Positions 14,918-24,984 of a stretch of DNA of 64,000 nucleotides are shown here, piece by piece. Numbering within the stretch: position 1 is the stretch's first letter; each line of letters begins with the position of its first letter. Position numbers and translations under genes: made by a program. The stretch comes from a virus. The notes under the pieces are model-generated. The model ran no database searches, had not been told where the DNA came from, and worked only from the letters and a program-made list of their open reading frames with translations. The DNA is taken from IMG/VR virus record IMGVR_UViG_3300042472_000301, positions 1-64,000 of that record. One strand, 5' to 3'.

Positions 14918-16361
14918 CCCACTAGCGTTTGTACTTTATGCGTTCCCCTGGGGTCAAAAGGGTACGCCCTTAGAAAACTTCTCCGGCCCACGCCGTTGGC
15001 AACGCGAAGTACTGCAAGACCTGACCGCGCACATTAAGCAAAACAACGGCAAGGTTGACTTTGACACGTTCAGGATGGCGACATCATCCGGTCGCGGTAT
15101 TGGCAAGTCAGCGTTGGTCAGTTGGCTCACCTTATGGATGCTTTCTACACGGATTGGCTCTACCACCATTATTTCGGCAAACTCTGAGTCACAGTTACGA
15201 TCGGTTACCTGGGCAGAGATTACAAAGTGGCTCGCCATGTCACTCAACTCACATTGGTTTGAAGTTAGCGCAACGCGGCTCATGCCCGCTAAATGGATTA
15301 CCGAGTTGGTTGAGCGTGACCTAAAGAAAGGCACACGTTATTGGTCGGTGGAAGGACGGCTTTGGTCAAGCGAGAACCCTGACGCTTATGCGGGGGTTCA
15401 CAACTACGACGGCGTGATGGTGATCTTTGATGAGGCAAGCGGTATTGATGACGCTATTTGGGCGGTGACTGCGGGCTTCTTTACTGAGAACACGCCTAAC
15501 CGCTTTTGGTTGGCGTTCTCCAACCCGCGCCGCAACACCGGCTACTTCTACGAATGCCACAACTCCAAGCGTGACTTTTGGAACACCAAAATTGTGGACG
15601 CAAGAACGGTTGAGGGTACGGACAAAGCCGTCTATCAGCAGATCATCGACGAATATGGCGCCGATTCATCACAAGCGGCGGTTGAGGTCTACGGTGACTT
15701 TCCGTCTGCGGGTGATGATCAGTTTATTTCATCCTCTATTGTGGACGAAGCCATGCGAAGAGCTCGACTTAAAGACCTATCCGCCCCTATTATTGTGGGC
15801 GTTGACCCTGCACGGTTCGGTTCTGACTCGACCGTGATCGCCATACGCCAAGGGCGTGACATTATCGGCATCAAACGCTTCAAGGGCGACGATACGATGA
15901 CGGTGGTGGGCCATGTAATCGAAACAATCGAAGAATATAAGCCCGCGCTGGTAGTAATTGACGAAGGCGGCGTTGGTGGTGGGGTCGTTGACCGGCTAAA
16001 AGAGCAACGCTACAAGATTCGGGGCGTGAATTTTGGAAATAAATCAAAAAACCCGCTTATGTATGGTAATTTAAGGGCTCAGATGTGGGGCGATATGCGA
16101 AATTGGTTGAAAACCGCGTCAATTCCTAGTGACAGGATACTTAAAACTGATTTAATATCACCTGTAATGAAACCCGACTCTAAAGGTACGATCTTTTTAG
16201 AGTCTAAGAAGGACATGAAAGCGCGGGGCTTAGCCTCGCCTGATGCAGCAGATGCTATATGCGTGACGTTTGCATTTCCCGTCGCGCACCGAGAGTACGC
16301 AGAACCAAAGCGCCGTAGTCAATCAACTAATAGTTTACAAACTTCTTGGATGGGAGCTTGA
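14841..16361 (+). CDS. terL: Terminase large subunit
   Basis: SGRGIGKS Walker A, IFDEASG Walker B, SNP, GVDPARFGSD nuclease motif, SPD.ADA. Confidence 0.95.
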   Translation: MQTTQYSAAEEMRLMSALWSPKIKDDPLAFVLYAFPWGQKGTPLENFSGPRRWQREVLQDLTAHIKQNNGKVDFDTFRMATSSGRGIGKSALVSWLTLWMLSTRIGSTTIISANSESQLRSVTWAEITKWLAMSLNSHWFEVSATRLMPAKWITELVERDLKKGTRYWSVEGRLWSSENPDAYAGVHNYDGVMVIFDEASGIDDAIWAVTAGFFTENTPNRFWLAFSNPRRNTGYFYECHNSKRDFWNTKIVDARTVEGTDKAVYQQIIDEYGADSSQAAVEVYGDFPSAGDDQFISSSIVDEAMRRARLKDLSAPIIVGVDPARFGSDSTVIAIRQGRDIIGIKRFKGDDTMTVVGHVIETIEEYKPALVVIDEGGVGGGVVDRLKEQRYKIRGVNFGNKSKNPLMYGNLRAQMWGDMRNWLKTASIPSDRILKTDLISPVMKPDSKGTIFLESKKDMKARGLASPDAADAICVTFAFPVAHREYAEPKRRSQSTNSLQTSWMGA

Positions 16362-16362
16362 A

Positions 16363-16821
16363 ATGCCTAATACACAAGCAATCGGTGTCGCGTATAGCGA
16401 TCAAATTATCTCTGGTGGTACCGTTGACAATTCGCCTATTGGCTTAGCAACACCTAGCACAATCGAAGGTACAACTGTTTACGCAGACACAGAGATTGGT
16501 TATGGAGCTCCGGCACAAGGTGCGGTCACTCAGCTTACAAGCAAATCTACCGGTGTGACGCTTAATACGTCAGCCGGTCAGATTACGATGAACGCAGCCT
16601 CACTAGCTACCGTTACCAACGTAACTTTTACACTGACCAACAGCGTGTTGTCAGCCAAAGACGTATTAATTCTTAACGTCACCAATGGCACGTCTGCTGC
16701 GTACAACTGCTGGGTATCTAGCATGGCGGCGGGCTCGGCTACCATTACGCTGCGTAACATTAGCGGTGGCTCATTAGCTGAAGCCGTTGTCCTTAACTTT
16801 GCAATCATTCATTGTGCATAA
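16363..16821 (+). CDS. Hypothetical virion-associated beta-rich protein
   Basis: ATG at 16363 after a GGAG RBS; VTQLTSKSTGVTLN motif. Confidence 0.65.
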   Translation: MPNTQAIGVAYSDQIISGGTVDNSPIGLATPSTIEGTTVYADTEIGYGAPAQGAVTQLTSKSTGVTLNTSAGQITMNAASLATVTNVTFTLTNSVLSAKDVLILNVTNGTSAAYNCWVSSMAAGSATITLRNISGGSLAEAVVLNFAIIHCA

Positions 16822-17066
16822 TGCTTAGACCACTACACGACAACATTGCGGTACGCCCTGACCCGTTTGTGCAAAGCGGGCTGATTATTATGCCCGAGGA
16901 AGACACCCGCACAGGCGTGGTTGTGGCAGTTGGGCCTGGTAAGAAAGATTCAAAACGCCCGCTTATGGTGAGCGTAGGTGATCATGTCATGTACAGCGGT
17001 ACAATTGACCGCAAATACGAAGATTTGATCCTGATGAAAGACAAGGACGTAATTGGGCTTGTATGA
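16821..17066 (+). CDS. groES: GroES/Cpn10-like co-chaperonin
   Basis: LRPLHDNIAV, SGLII, GVVVAVGPG, VSVGDHV, LMKDKDVIG. Confidence 0.9.
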   Translation: MLRPLHDNIAVRPDPFVQSGLIIMPEEDTRTGVVVAVGPGKKDSKRPLMVSVGDHVMYSGTIDRKYEDLILMKDKDVIGLV

Positions 17067-19225
17067 AAGACAAAGACATCATAGAAACCGCATTGCATCG
17101 CATGACAATGGCGATCGCCGCCTATTCTGATAGCCGTGAGGATGAACTTGATGACCTTCGATTCTACGCAGCAAGCCCTGACAACCAGTTCCAATGGCCA
17201 GCCGACGTGTTGGCTACTCGGGGCTCAGTCCAAGGGCAAACCATTAACGCGCGCCCCTGCCTTACCATTAACAAGCTCCCCCAGCACGTTCGCCAAGTCA
17301 CCAACGACCAACGCCAAAATCGACCAAGCGGAAAAGTAATCCCTGCGGATGACAAGGCGGATGTTGAAGTGGCTGAGATTTTCAACGGCATGGTGCGTCA
17401 CATTGAGTATATGTCTGACGCAGATGTCGCATATGACACCGCTTGTGAGAACCAAGTGGCGTATGGGGAAGGCTATATCCGGTTGCTAACCGAGTACGAG
17501 AGTGCCAATTCGTTTGATCAAAACATCAAGATCGGGCGTATTCGTAACTCCTTTTCAGTCTACATGGATCCAACGATCCAAGACCCGTGCGGCTCGGACG
17601 CCCAATGGTGTTTTGTGACCGAAGACTTAATGCTCGAAGACTTTGAGCGTATGTTTCCTGACGCCCAACCTGTGTCATCGTTGCAGGCGCAAAGCGTGGG
17701 TAACGAATCTTACGCACCGTGGTTAAGCGTAGACACCATTCGGATTGCTGACTATTACTATGTAGAGCATGAAAAAGCTACGCTAAACCTGTACTACGGT
17801 AATGTTAGTGCGATGAAAGGCTCACCTGAAGACCAGCAAATGGTTCAGATAGGCATGAAGCCAATTAAAAGCCGTATTGTGGATGTCAAGAAGGTCAAGC
17901 ATTGCAAGATTAATGGTTTTGAAGTGCTAGAGTCTAACGATTGGGCAGGTGATTGGATTCCGGTTGTGCGAGTGGTTGGTAACGAATTTGAGATTGACGG
18001 ACGCATCCATGTGTCGGGCATTGTTCGCAATGCCAAGGATGCACAGCGTATGTACAACTACTGGGTAAGCCAAGAGGCAGAGATGTTGGCTTTGGCGCCC
18101 AAAGCACCGTTTATCGGCTACGGTGGTCAGTTTGAGGGCTACGAACAAAACTGGAAAACAGCCAACACGACCAACTGGCCATACCTTGAAGTTAACCCTG
18201 ATGTGACTGACGGTGCGGGCGGGCCATTACCGCTCCCGCAACGCGCGCAGCCCCCTATGGCGTCAAGCGGCTTGCTGCAAGCCAAAGCGGGTGCTAGCGA
18301 CGATATTAAATCAACGACAGGGCAATATGACTCTAGCCTTGGTGCGACCTCTAACGAGCGTTCAGGCAAGGCTATCATGGCGCGCGAGCGTCAGACTGAC
18401 ACCGGCACATACCATTACGTTGACAACTTAGCGAGAGCGGTACGCCACATCACGCGCCAAATCATTGGCTTAGTGCCTAAGATTTACGACACGCAGCGCG
18501 TGGCGCGCATCATGGGCGAGGACGGCGAGCCTGACTCAGCTAAGATCGACCCCATGCAGCAAGAACCGGTCAAACGAATTGTTGACCAAAACGGTATTGA
18601 GATCGATAAGATTTACAACCCTGGTGTCGGAACGTACGACGTGATGGTCACCACCGGCCCAAGCTACATGACCAAACGCCAAGAAGCGTTGGAGTCAATG
18701 GGTCAATTGCTGCAAGGCAACCCCCAACTGTGGGCGGTTGCGGGCGATCTGTTTATCAAGAACATGGATTGGCCTGGCGCGCAAGAGATGGCTAAACGTT
18801 TTGCCAAGACCATTGATCCTAAGTTGATGGATGACGGTGACAAAGACCCAGCCTTGCAAGCCGCCGAGCAGCAGATGCAAGCAATGGCTAAAGAGATGGA
18901 GAATATGCACTCCATGCTGCAAAACGTGTCTAAGTCTATGGAAGCACAGGACATTGAGCGCAAGAATTATGAGGCGCAGATCAAAGCCTTTGATGCTGAA
19001 ACCAAGCGTATCTCAGCCGTTCAAGCGGGCATGACCTTTGAGCAGATTCAAGACATTGTGATGGGTACGGTTGCAGCCGCAATGGATACGGGTGACCTAA
19101 TCGGTGGCGCACCACAACGCCAGCAATTTGAGATGCCACCTATGGAACAAGACATGATGCCGCCTGACCAAGGCATGATGCCGCCCGATCAAATGCAACC
19201 ACCAATGATGGAACCACAACAATGA
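17063..19225 (+). CDS. Portal protein, P22 gp1-like
   Basis: RPCLTINKL, GIVRNAKDAQRMYN, SGKAI, long C-terminal Q/M-rich helical region. Confidence 0.92.
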   Translation: MKDKDIIETALHRMTMAIAAYSDSREDELDDLRFYAASPDNQFQWPADVLATRGSVQGQTINARPCLTINKLPQHVRQVTNDQRQNRPSGKVIPADDKADVEVAEIFNGMVRHIEYMSDADVAYDTACENQVAYGEGYIRLLTEYESANSFDQNIKIGRIRNSFSVYMDPTIQDPCGSDAQWCFVTEDLMLEDFERMFPDAQPVSSLQAQSVGNESYAPWLSVDTIRIADYYYVEHEKATLNLYYGNVSAMKGSPEDQQMVQIGMKPIKSRIVDVKKVKHCKINGFEVLESNDWAGDWIPVVRVVGNEFEIDGRIHVSGIVRNAKDAQRMYNYWVSQEAEMLALAPKAPFIGYGGQFEGYEQNWKTANTTNWPYLEVNPDVTDGAGGPLPLPQRAQPPMASSGLLQAKAGASDDIKSTTGQYDSSLGATSNERSGKAIMARERQTDTGTYHYVDNLARAVRHITRQIIGLVPKIYDTQRVARIMGEDGEPDSAKIDPMQQEPVKRIVDQNGIEIDKIYNPGVGTYDVMVTTGPSYMTKRQEALESMGQLLQGNPQLWAVAGDLFIKNMDWPGAQEMAKRFAKTIDPKLMDDGDKDPALQAAEQQMQAMAKEMENMHSMLQNVSKSMEAQDIERKNYEAQIKAFDAETKRISAVQAGMTFEQIQDIVMGTVAAAMDTGDLIGGAPQRQQFEMPPMEQDMMPPDQGMMPPDQMQPPMMEPQQ

Positions 19226-19584
19226 AAGTTGCAGATTTCGTAGGAATGTTTTTCTTAGCGCGCGATGTCACGCATAGCGTACATCTAAACACACGCAGCT
19301 ATTCCAAGCACAAAGCGTTGCAAAAGTTCTATGAGAATATCATCGACTTGGCTGACAATTTTGCCGAGGCCTATCAAGGGCGCCACGGCATGATTGGTGC
19401 AATCACTTTGCAGTCTTCTAAGAAGACGGCTAATGTCACCGAGTTCTTGGAAGACCAGCTTGAAGACATTGAAAAATATCGCTACGACATTTGCGACAAA
19501 ACAGATTCAGCTTTACAGAATTTGATTGACGAAATCATTACTCTTTATCTTTCCACGCTTTATCGACTCAAATTCCTTTCGTAA
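19222..19584 (+). CDS. Ferritin/Dps-like four-helix protein (DUF5856-like)
   Basis: H..HL...SY.KHKAL..FY...D..AEAYQG; LQN.IDEI....YRL. Confidence 0.7.
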   Translation: MKVADFVGMFFLARDVTHSVHLNTRSYSKHKALQKFYENIIDLADNFAEAYQGRHGMIGAITLQSSKKTANVTEFLEDQLEDIEKYRYDICDKTDSALQNLIDEIITLYLSTLYRLKFLS

Positions 19585-19592
19585 GGCATATC

Positions 19593-19859
19593 ATGGCAAA
19601 TTACACCTACATCACAGCGTCTAAACAGATCAAAGTTGGTCAAGGCAAGCTCAAAGGCATCTTTGTAAGCGCTGCTTCCGGTACGCCTACGATCACCATT
19701 TATGACGTGCAATCAGGCACCACCACCACAATGGTTGGTGTGTTTACGCCAGTTGCGGCTACCTTCTACCCTTTTGGTCAGTACGACGGAGCCTTTTTTA
19801 ACCAAGGGCTAAACGTGGTGCTTGGTGGTACGGTTGCTGCAACTGTCATTTACGAATAA
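19593..19859 (+). CDS. Small beta-rich virion protein
   Basis: Position and composition. Confidence 0.6.
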   Translation: MANYTYITASKQIKVGQGKLKGIFVSAASGTPTITIYDVQSGTTTTMVGVFTPVAATFYPFGQYDGAFFNQGLNVVLGGTVAATVIYE

Positions 19860-19868
19860 AGGGTTGCC

Positions 19869-21281
19869 ATGAGCCGCTTAATTTTTAATGCCGATACATT
19901 AGGCGGCACAACCACCTTATCTTCTGCTGATGCAGTCGGTAACTTTACGCTTACCGTACCTGCTGTTAACGGCACGTTATCGGTCAAAGACGCATCAAAC
20001 GATGCGACCTTTCGTAACATTACGCTGACCGGTGCGGTGCTTGCCGGTGCGTGGAATGGCTCAACCATTGCCGTAGCATACGGTGGTACAGGTGCCACAA
20101 CGCTTTCGGGCTTGGTTTTTGGCAACGGCACGTCTGCTATGACAGCGGCTACTGCGGCACAAGTTGTATCGGTGATCGGTGCTACTTTTGTTACAAACGC
20201 AACGAACGCAACGAATGCTGTAAGCGCAACAACTGCAACGAACATTGCGGGCGGATTGTCAGGGTCGATACCCTATCAAACTGGTGCTGGCGCAACTGCG
20301 CTATTGCCTAGCGGCACAAACGGGCAAGTTTTAACACTTACTGCTGGGCTTCCCGCTTGGGTGTCTGTGTCGGGTACTGGTACAGTCACAAGCGTTGATG
20401 GCTCGGGCGGCACAACTGGTCTGACCTTGACCGGTGGGCCAATTACTTCAAGCGGTACGCTGACTTTGGGTGGCACACTTGCTGTAGCCAATGGCGGCAC
20501 GGGTGCGGCAACGCTCACGGGTTACGTTAAGGGCAGCGGTACAGGGGTTATGACGGCATCAGCCACAATCCCCAATACCGACATTACTGGTCTTGGCACA
20601 ATGTCTACGCAAGCAGCTAGTAGCGTTGCCATTACCGGCGGTTCAATTAACGGTACAAGCCTTGGCGCTACGACCGCAGGGTCAGCCAAAGTCACAACAT
20701 TAGACATTGCATCAGGCTTAACTTTAGCGACCTTGGCGGGTACTTCCGGCCAAGTGTTAACGTCAGCCGGTGCGGGTTTCGTACCCACATGGACAACAGC
20801 GGCTACAGGTACGGTGACCTCTGTCGCCGGTACAGGCACAGTCAACGGCTTGACCTTGACCGGTACGGTGACATCGTCGGGCAGCTTGACCCTTGGTGGC
20901 ACGTTAAGTTTGGTGTCACCGCCACCTATCGGTACAACAACCCCCGCAGAAGTTAAAGTGACCGTCGGTTGGGCAGCTAACACCGCTTTAACTGATGCAG
21001 CTACGATTGCGTGGGATACGGTCAACCAGGTTGCCACCTTTACTTTCGTATCGACCAACCGCACCTTTGGCGCACCGACTAACTTGAGAGACGGTGCGTT
21101 CTACGCACTTGCTGTCATCCAAAACGGTGGGTCAAACACAATCACTTGGAACTCGGTGTTCAAGTGGGCGGCGGGCACAGCACCTACATTGTCCACAGCA
21201 GCTTCGGCAAAAGACTACTTCACTTTTCGCTCTGATGGCACAAACCTTTATCAACAAGGTATCTCACAGGCGGTGGCTTAA
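19869..21281 (+). CDS. Tail fiber-like protein
   Basis: VA.GGTGA and two GTVTSV...GLTLTG...SSG.LTLGGTL repeats; C-terminal W...FKW..G.AP.LST domain. Confidence 0.8.
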   Translation: MSRLIFNADTLGGTTTLSSADAVGNFTLTVPAVNGTLSVKDASNDATFRNITLTGAVLAGAWNGSTIAVAYGGTGATTLSGLVFGNGTSAMTAATAAQVVSVIGATFVTNATNATNAVSATTATNIAGGLSGSIPYQTGAGATALLPSGTNGQVLTLTAGLPAWVSVSGTGTVTSVDGSGGTTGLTLTGGPITSSGTLTLGGTLAVANGGTGAATLTGYVKGSGTGVMTASATIPNTDITGLGTMSTQAASSVAITGGSINGTSLGATTAGSAKVTTLDIASGLTLATLAGTSGQVLTSAGAGFVPTWTTAATGTVTSVAGTGTVNGLTLTGTVTSSGSLTLGGTLSLVSPPPIGTTTPAEVKVTVGWAANTALTDAATIAWDTVNQVATFTFVSTNRTFGAPTNLRDGAFYALAVIQNGGSNTITWNSVFKWAAGTAPTLSTAASAKDYFTFRSDGTNLYQQGISQAVA

Positions 21282-23641
21282 TGTTTCCTGTATTCGCTGG
21301 TAACTCTGCATCCACAGGCTACAACCTCACACGCTCGCTGCGGTTTAGGACGAGTGCTAGTGGGTATTTGAATCGGACTCCATCTGTTCAAGGAAGTTTA
21401 ACCACTTGGACATATTCTTTATGGGTAAAAAGAGGTGCGTTAAGTATAGATAGTAATTTATTAATGACAAGAAATGCTGGTGGAAACTACACCGGTATAT
21501 ATTTTGATAGTTCTAACAGACTTGTGTTGGATTGGTGGGTTAGTGGTACAAATAAGGCTACTCTTACAACAACACAAGTTTTTCGTGACCCATCTGCTTG
21601 GTATCATATTGTTGTAACTATTGACAGCACTAACGCTACTGCGGCAAGTAGGGTACGGATTTATGTAAACGGAACGCAAGTAACAGCTTTTGGAACCGCT
21701 ACTTATCCACCACAAAACGAACAAACTATTGTTAACCAAACAATAGCAACTTGGATTTCTTCTGACCCAGCTTACCCTGCTCAAGGGTATTTCGACGGCT
21801 ACCTAACCGAAGTCAACTTCATTGACGGTCAAGCCCTAACCCCATCATCCTTCGGCTCAACCAACGCTCTCACAGGCGTATGGCAACCCGCAGCATACAC
21901 AGGCACATACGGTACAAACGGTTTCTATTTACCCTTCACAGACAACTCTGCGCTGACCACAAGCAGCAACGTAGGCTTGGGCAAAGACTTCTCAGGCAAT
22001 GGCAATTACTGGACTACGAATAACATCAGTATCACGGCTGGTGTAACGTATGACAGCATGACGGATGTGCCTACGTTGACAAGTGCTACGGCGGCTAACT
22101 TTGCTGTGTTGAATCCGTTGGATCGAGGAAATTTAGTAACTATTACCAATGGCAATTTGTCTTGTGCTTACAACGCAAACAATGCTTTTAGCCGAGCAAC
22201 AATGTCAATGCCATCGGGCAAATGGTATTGGGAAGCTGTTATTACTGGTGGCACTTCTCCGTATTCTTCTTCACTTGGTATTGCAAAATCAACCGATAGC
22301 GGAGCAGCGGGAAATAGTGCAACTGCGTATGTTTATCAATACACAGGCAATAAAAATAATAATAGTTCTTCAGTCGCTTATGGGTCTAGCTACACTTTAG
22401 GGGACGTTATCGGTGTTGCTTTTGATGCTGCGGCAGGAACATTGGTATTTTATAAAAACAACACTTCCCAAGGCACGGCGTATTCAAGTTTAACGTCACT
22501 CGACTTTTTTCCTATTGTTGGAACAAATGATGGAACGTGGGCTATCAACTTCGGTCAACGCCCCTTCACCTACACACCCCCCACAGGCTATGTAGCCCTG
22601 AACACATACAACTTGCCGACAAGCACCATCGTCAAGGGCAACACGGTGATGGATGCGACTTTGTACACGGGTACGCTGCTGTCTAACGCCATCACCAATG
22701 CTGCATCGTTTAAGCCTGACCTTGTGTGGGTCAAATCACGCTCGGCGGCTACTGATAACAAACTGACAGACTCGGTGCGTGGTGTGACTAAAGGTTTAAT
22801 TTCAAACACCACGGGTGCTGAAACAACTGATACGCAAGGTTTGACCGCATTTGGTAGCGCAGGGTTTACCGTTGGCACAAACACCGTCTACAACAACTTG
22901 GCAGCAACGTACGTTGCTTGGCAATGGCAAGCAGGGCAAGGCACATCATCCTCCAACACCAACGGCACAATCACATCGACTGTGAGCGTTAATGCGTCTG
23001 CTGGGTTTAGTGTGGTGACGTACACGGGTACGGGTGCTAATGCAACTGTTGGGCATGGGTTGGGTGTTGCGCCTAGTTGGATTATTGCTAAAAACCGTCC
23101 GTCATCAGCAGATGCGTGGTGCATATACCACGTTGGTTTAACTAGCGCAGCGTTTTTCATTAAATTAAACGCAACTGACGCTCAAGCAAGCGGAGTAGGC
23201 GTTTGGAACAGCACGGCTCCAACATCGTCTGTGTTTTCAATTGGTTCATCTTCAGGTTCAAACGGAAGTACAAACGCAATGGTTGCCTACTGCTGGACAC
23301 CCATAGCCGGATTCAGCGCGTTTGGTAGCTACACGGGTAATGGTTCGACTGATGGCCCGTTTGTGTACACAGGTTTTAGACCACGTTGGGTTCTAATAAA
23401 AAGTTCAAGCGCAGCTTCACAATGGATACTGCACGATACCGCTAGAGATACATACAACACAACTAGCGCAACGCTATTTCCTAATTTATCAAACGCTGAA
23501 GCGGCAAACAATTCTTTTGATATATTATCTAACGGTTTTAAAATTAGAGTTGGGTCAGGCGAATCTACTAACGATAGTGGTCAAACATACATCTACATGG
23601 CATTTGCCGAAAACCCATTCAAAAATAGTTTAGCGAGGTAG
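21281..23641 (+). CDS. Receptor-binding/fiber protein with LamG (ConA-like) and SPRY domains
   Basis: FRDPSAWYHIV, SGKWYWE, GDVIGVA, PDLVWVKSR, GFRPRWVLIK, YMAFAENPF. Confidence 0.82.
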   Translation: MFPVFAGNSASTGYNLTRSLRFRTSASGYLNRTPSVQGSLTTWTYSLWVKRGALSIDSNLLMTRNAGGNYTGIYFDSSNRLVLDWWVSGTNKATLTTTQVFRDPSAWYHIVVTIDSTNATAASRVRIYVNGTQVTAFGTATYPPQNEQTIVNQTIATWISSDPAYPAQGYFDGYLTEVNFIDGQALTPSSFGSTNALTGVWQPAAYTGTYGTNGFYLPFTDNSALTTSSNVGLGKDFSGNGNYWTTNNISITAGVTYDSMTDVPTLTSATAANFAVLNPLDRGNLVTITNGNLSCAYNANNAFSRATMSMPSGKWYWEAVITGGTSPYSSSLGIAKSTDSGAAGNSATAYVYQYTGNKNNNSSSVAYGSSYTLGDVIGVAFDAAAGTLVFYKNNTSQGTAYSSLTSLDFFPIVGTNDGTWAINFGQRPFTYTPPTGYVALNTYNLPTSTIVKGNTVMDATLYTGTLLSNAITNAASFKPDLVWVKSRSAATDNKLTDSVRGVTKGLISNTTGAETTDTQGLTAFGSAGFTVGTNTVYNNLAATYVAWQWQAGQGTSSSNTNGTITSTVSVNASAGFSVVTYTGTGANATVGHGLGVAPSWIIAKNRPSSADAWCIYHVGLTSAAFFIKLNATDAQASGVGVWNSTAPTSSVFSIGSSSGSNGSTNAMVAYCWTPIAGFSAFGSYTGNGSTDGPFVYTGFRPRWVLIKSSSAASQWILHDTARDTYNTTSATLFPNLSNAEAANNSFDILSNGFKIRVGSGESTNDSGQTYIYMAFAENPFKNSLAR

Positions 23642-23643
23642 TT

Positions 23644-24162
23644 ATGTTTGCAATCATTTCCAACGGCTTGATCGCCCTCCTAGTACCCGCTGGCACAGCC
23701 TTTGAGTGGGATAATATTTCTTATCCGGCAAACTGGTGCAACTTGTCTAGCCCCGAAGAAAAAGCGGCTATCGGCATGGTTGATGTGGTGTACGGTCAGT
23801 ATCCTTCAGATGTCTATTACTGGATATCACAAGACGCACCTGTCTACACCGGCACGGTCGTTGAGATTAACTACACCGCTACGCCTAAAGACTTGTTTGA
23901 GTGTCAAATGCAAGCGGTCAACGCCGTGCAAGCGCAAGCGTATTCAATCTTGCTGCCCTCCGATTGGCGTGTGGTCAAGGGCTACGAAACCAAGTCCGCC
24001 ATTCCAATGGATTGGAATACATGGCGCCAAGACATCCGTACCCAATGCGATGCTCAGATTATTGCCATTAACGGCTGCACAACGGTTGACCAGTTAGCTG
24101 CCCTGCCCCCTGTCGATTGGGCGCATGATCCAAATTATGTTGCACCCGCAGAATCTAAGTAA
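23644..24162 (+). CDS. Tail fiber assembly chaperone-like protein
   Basis: LLPSDWRVVK..E...W.TWRQ.IR motif directly after the fiber gene. Confidence 0.7.
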   Translation: MFAIISNGLIALLVPAGTAFEWDNISYPANWCNLSSPEEKAAIGMVDVVYGQYPSDVYYWISQDAPVYTGTVVEINYTATPKDLFECQMQAVNAVQAQAYSILLPSDWRVVKGYETKSAIPMDWNTWRQDIRTQCDAQIIAINGCTTVDQLAALPPVDWAHDPNYVAPAESK

Positions 24163-24171
24163 TATACTAAT

Positions 24172-24206
24172 CGTACTGGTGCGATCCACCAGGACTCCTC
24201 GGAGTT
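24172..24206 (+). promoter_or_regulatory. Twin hairpins in the scaffold leader; the second covers the RBS
   Basis: CTGGTG/CACCAG (24176-24192) and ACTCC/GGAGT (24194-24205; very tight loop). Confidence 0.45.
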
Positions 24207-24210
24207 ACAA

Positions 24211-24966
24211 ATGTCAGACGAAGTAAGCCCAGCGGAAGTACCCGCGCCGACACCGGAAGTTACGGCAGAACCGGTTGTTGAAGTATCTGCGCCGGAAGTA
24301 CCCGAAGCAGCACCTAAGACCTTTTCACAAGAGGAATTAGACGCAGCCATCGGTAAACGGCTCGCACGCGAGCAGCGAAAGTGGGAAAGGGAAAGAGCGG
24401 TTCAACCTGTTGCGCCTCAAGCACCGGTCACGCCCGAGCAGTTTGCTTCAAACGAAGATTATGTCGAAGCCTTGGCAGAACAACGTGCGGAGCAAAAACT
24501 AGCGGAGCGCGAGCAGCGCAAGCAGCAAGCTGAAATACTCGAAACCTATCACGACAAGGAAGAGGAAGTTCGTGCGAAGTATGAGGACTTTGAACAAGTC
24601 GCATACAACCCGAATCTGCCAATTACTACCGTGATGGCCCAATCCATTCAGGCCTCGGACAACGGCCCCGAAGTGGCTTACCACTTAGGTGCAAACCCCC
24701 GAGAAGCGGAACGGATTTCACGTCTTTCGCCTATCATGCAAGCCAAAGAAATCGGAAAGATTGAGGCTCAGTTAGCCGCAAACCCACCGGTCAAAAAGAC
24801 TTCAAACGCACCAGCGCCTATTTCACCTGTTTCAGCCCGTACGACCGGCTCACCGGCATACGATACGACTGATCCACGCTCTATCAAGTCAATGTCCACG
24901 TCAGACTGGATTGAGGCCGAAAGATTGCGACAGATAAAGAAGCACGAAGCGCGTACCCTCCGCTAA
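24211..24966 (+). CDS. Scaffolding protein
   Basis: Acidic Pro-rich N-terminus, KTFSQEELDA, coiled coil, directly upstream of the capsid gene. Confidence 0.85.
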   Translation: MSDEVSPAEVPAPTPEVTAEPVVEVSAPEVPEAAPKTFSQEELDAAIGKRLAREQRKWERERAVQPVAPQAPVTPEQFASNEDYVEALAEQRAEQKLAEREQRKQQAEILETYHDKEEEVRAKYEDFEQVAYNPNLPITTVMAQSIQASDNGPEVAYHLGANPREAERISRLSPIMQAKEIGKIEAQLAANPPVKKTSNAPAPISPVSARTTGSPAYDTTDPRSIKSMSTSDWIEAERLRQIKKHEARTLR

Positions 24967-24984
24967 CTTATTTTAGGAATTATC

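Noticed and set aside
19869-23641. Diversity-generating retroelement or invertible tail-fiber switch
   Set aside because: No reverse transcriptase, no template/variable repeat pair and no invertase were seen.
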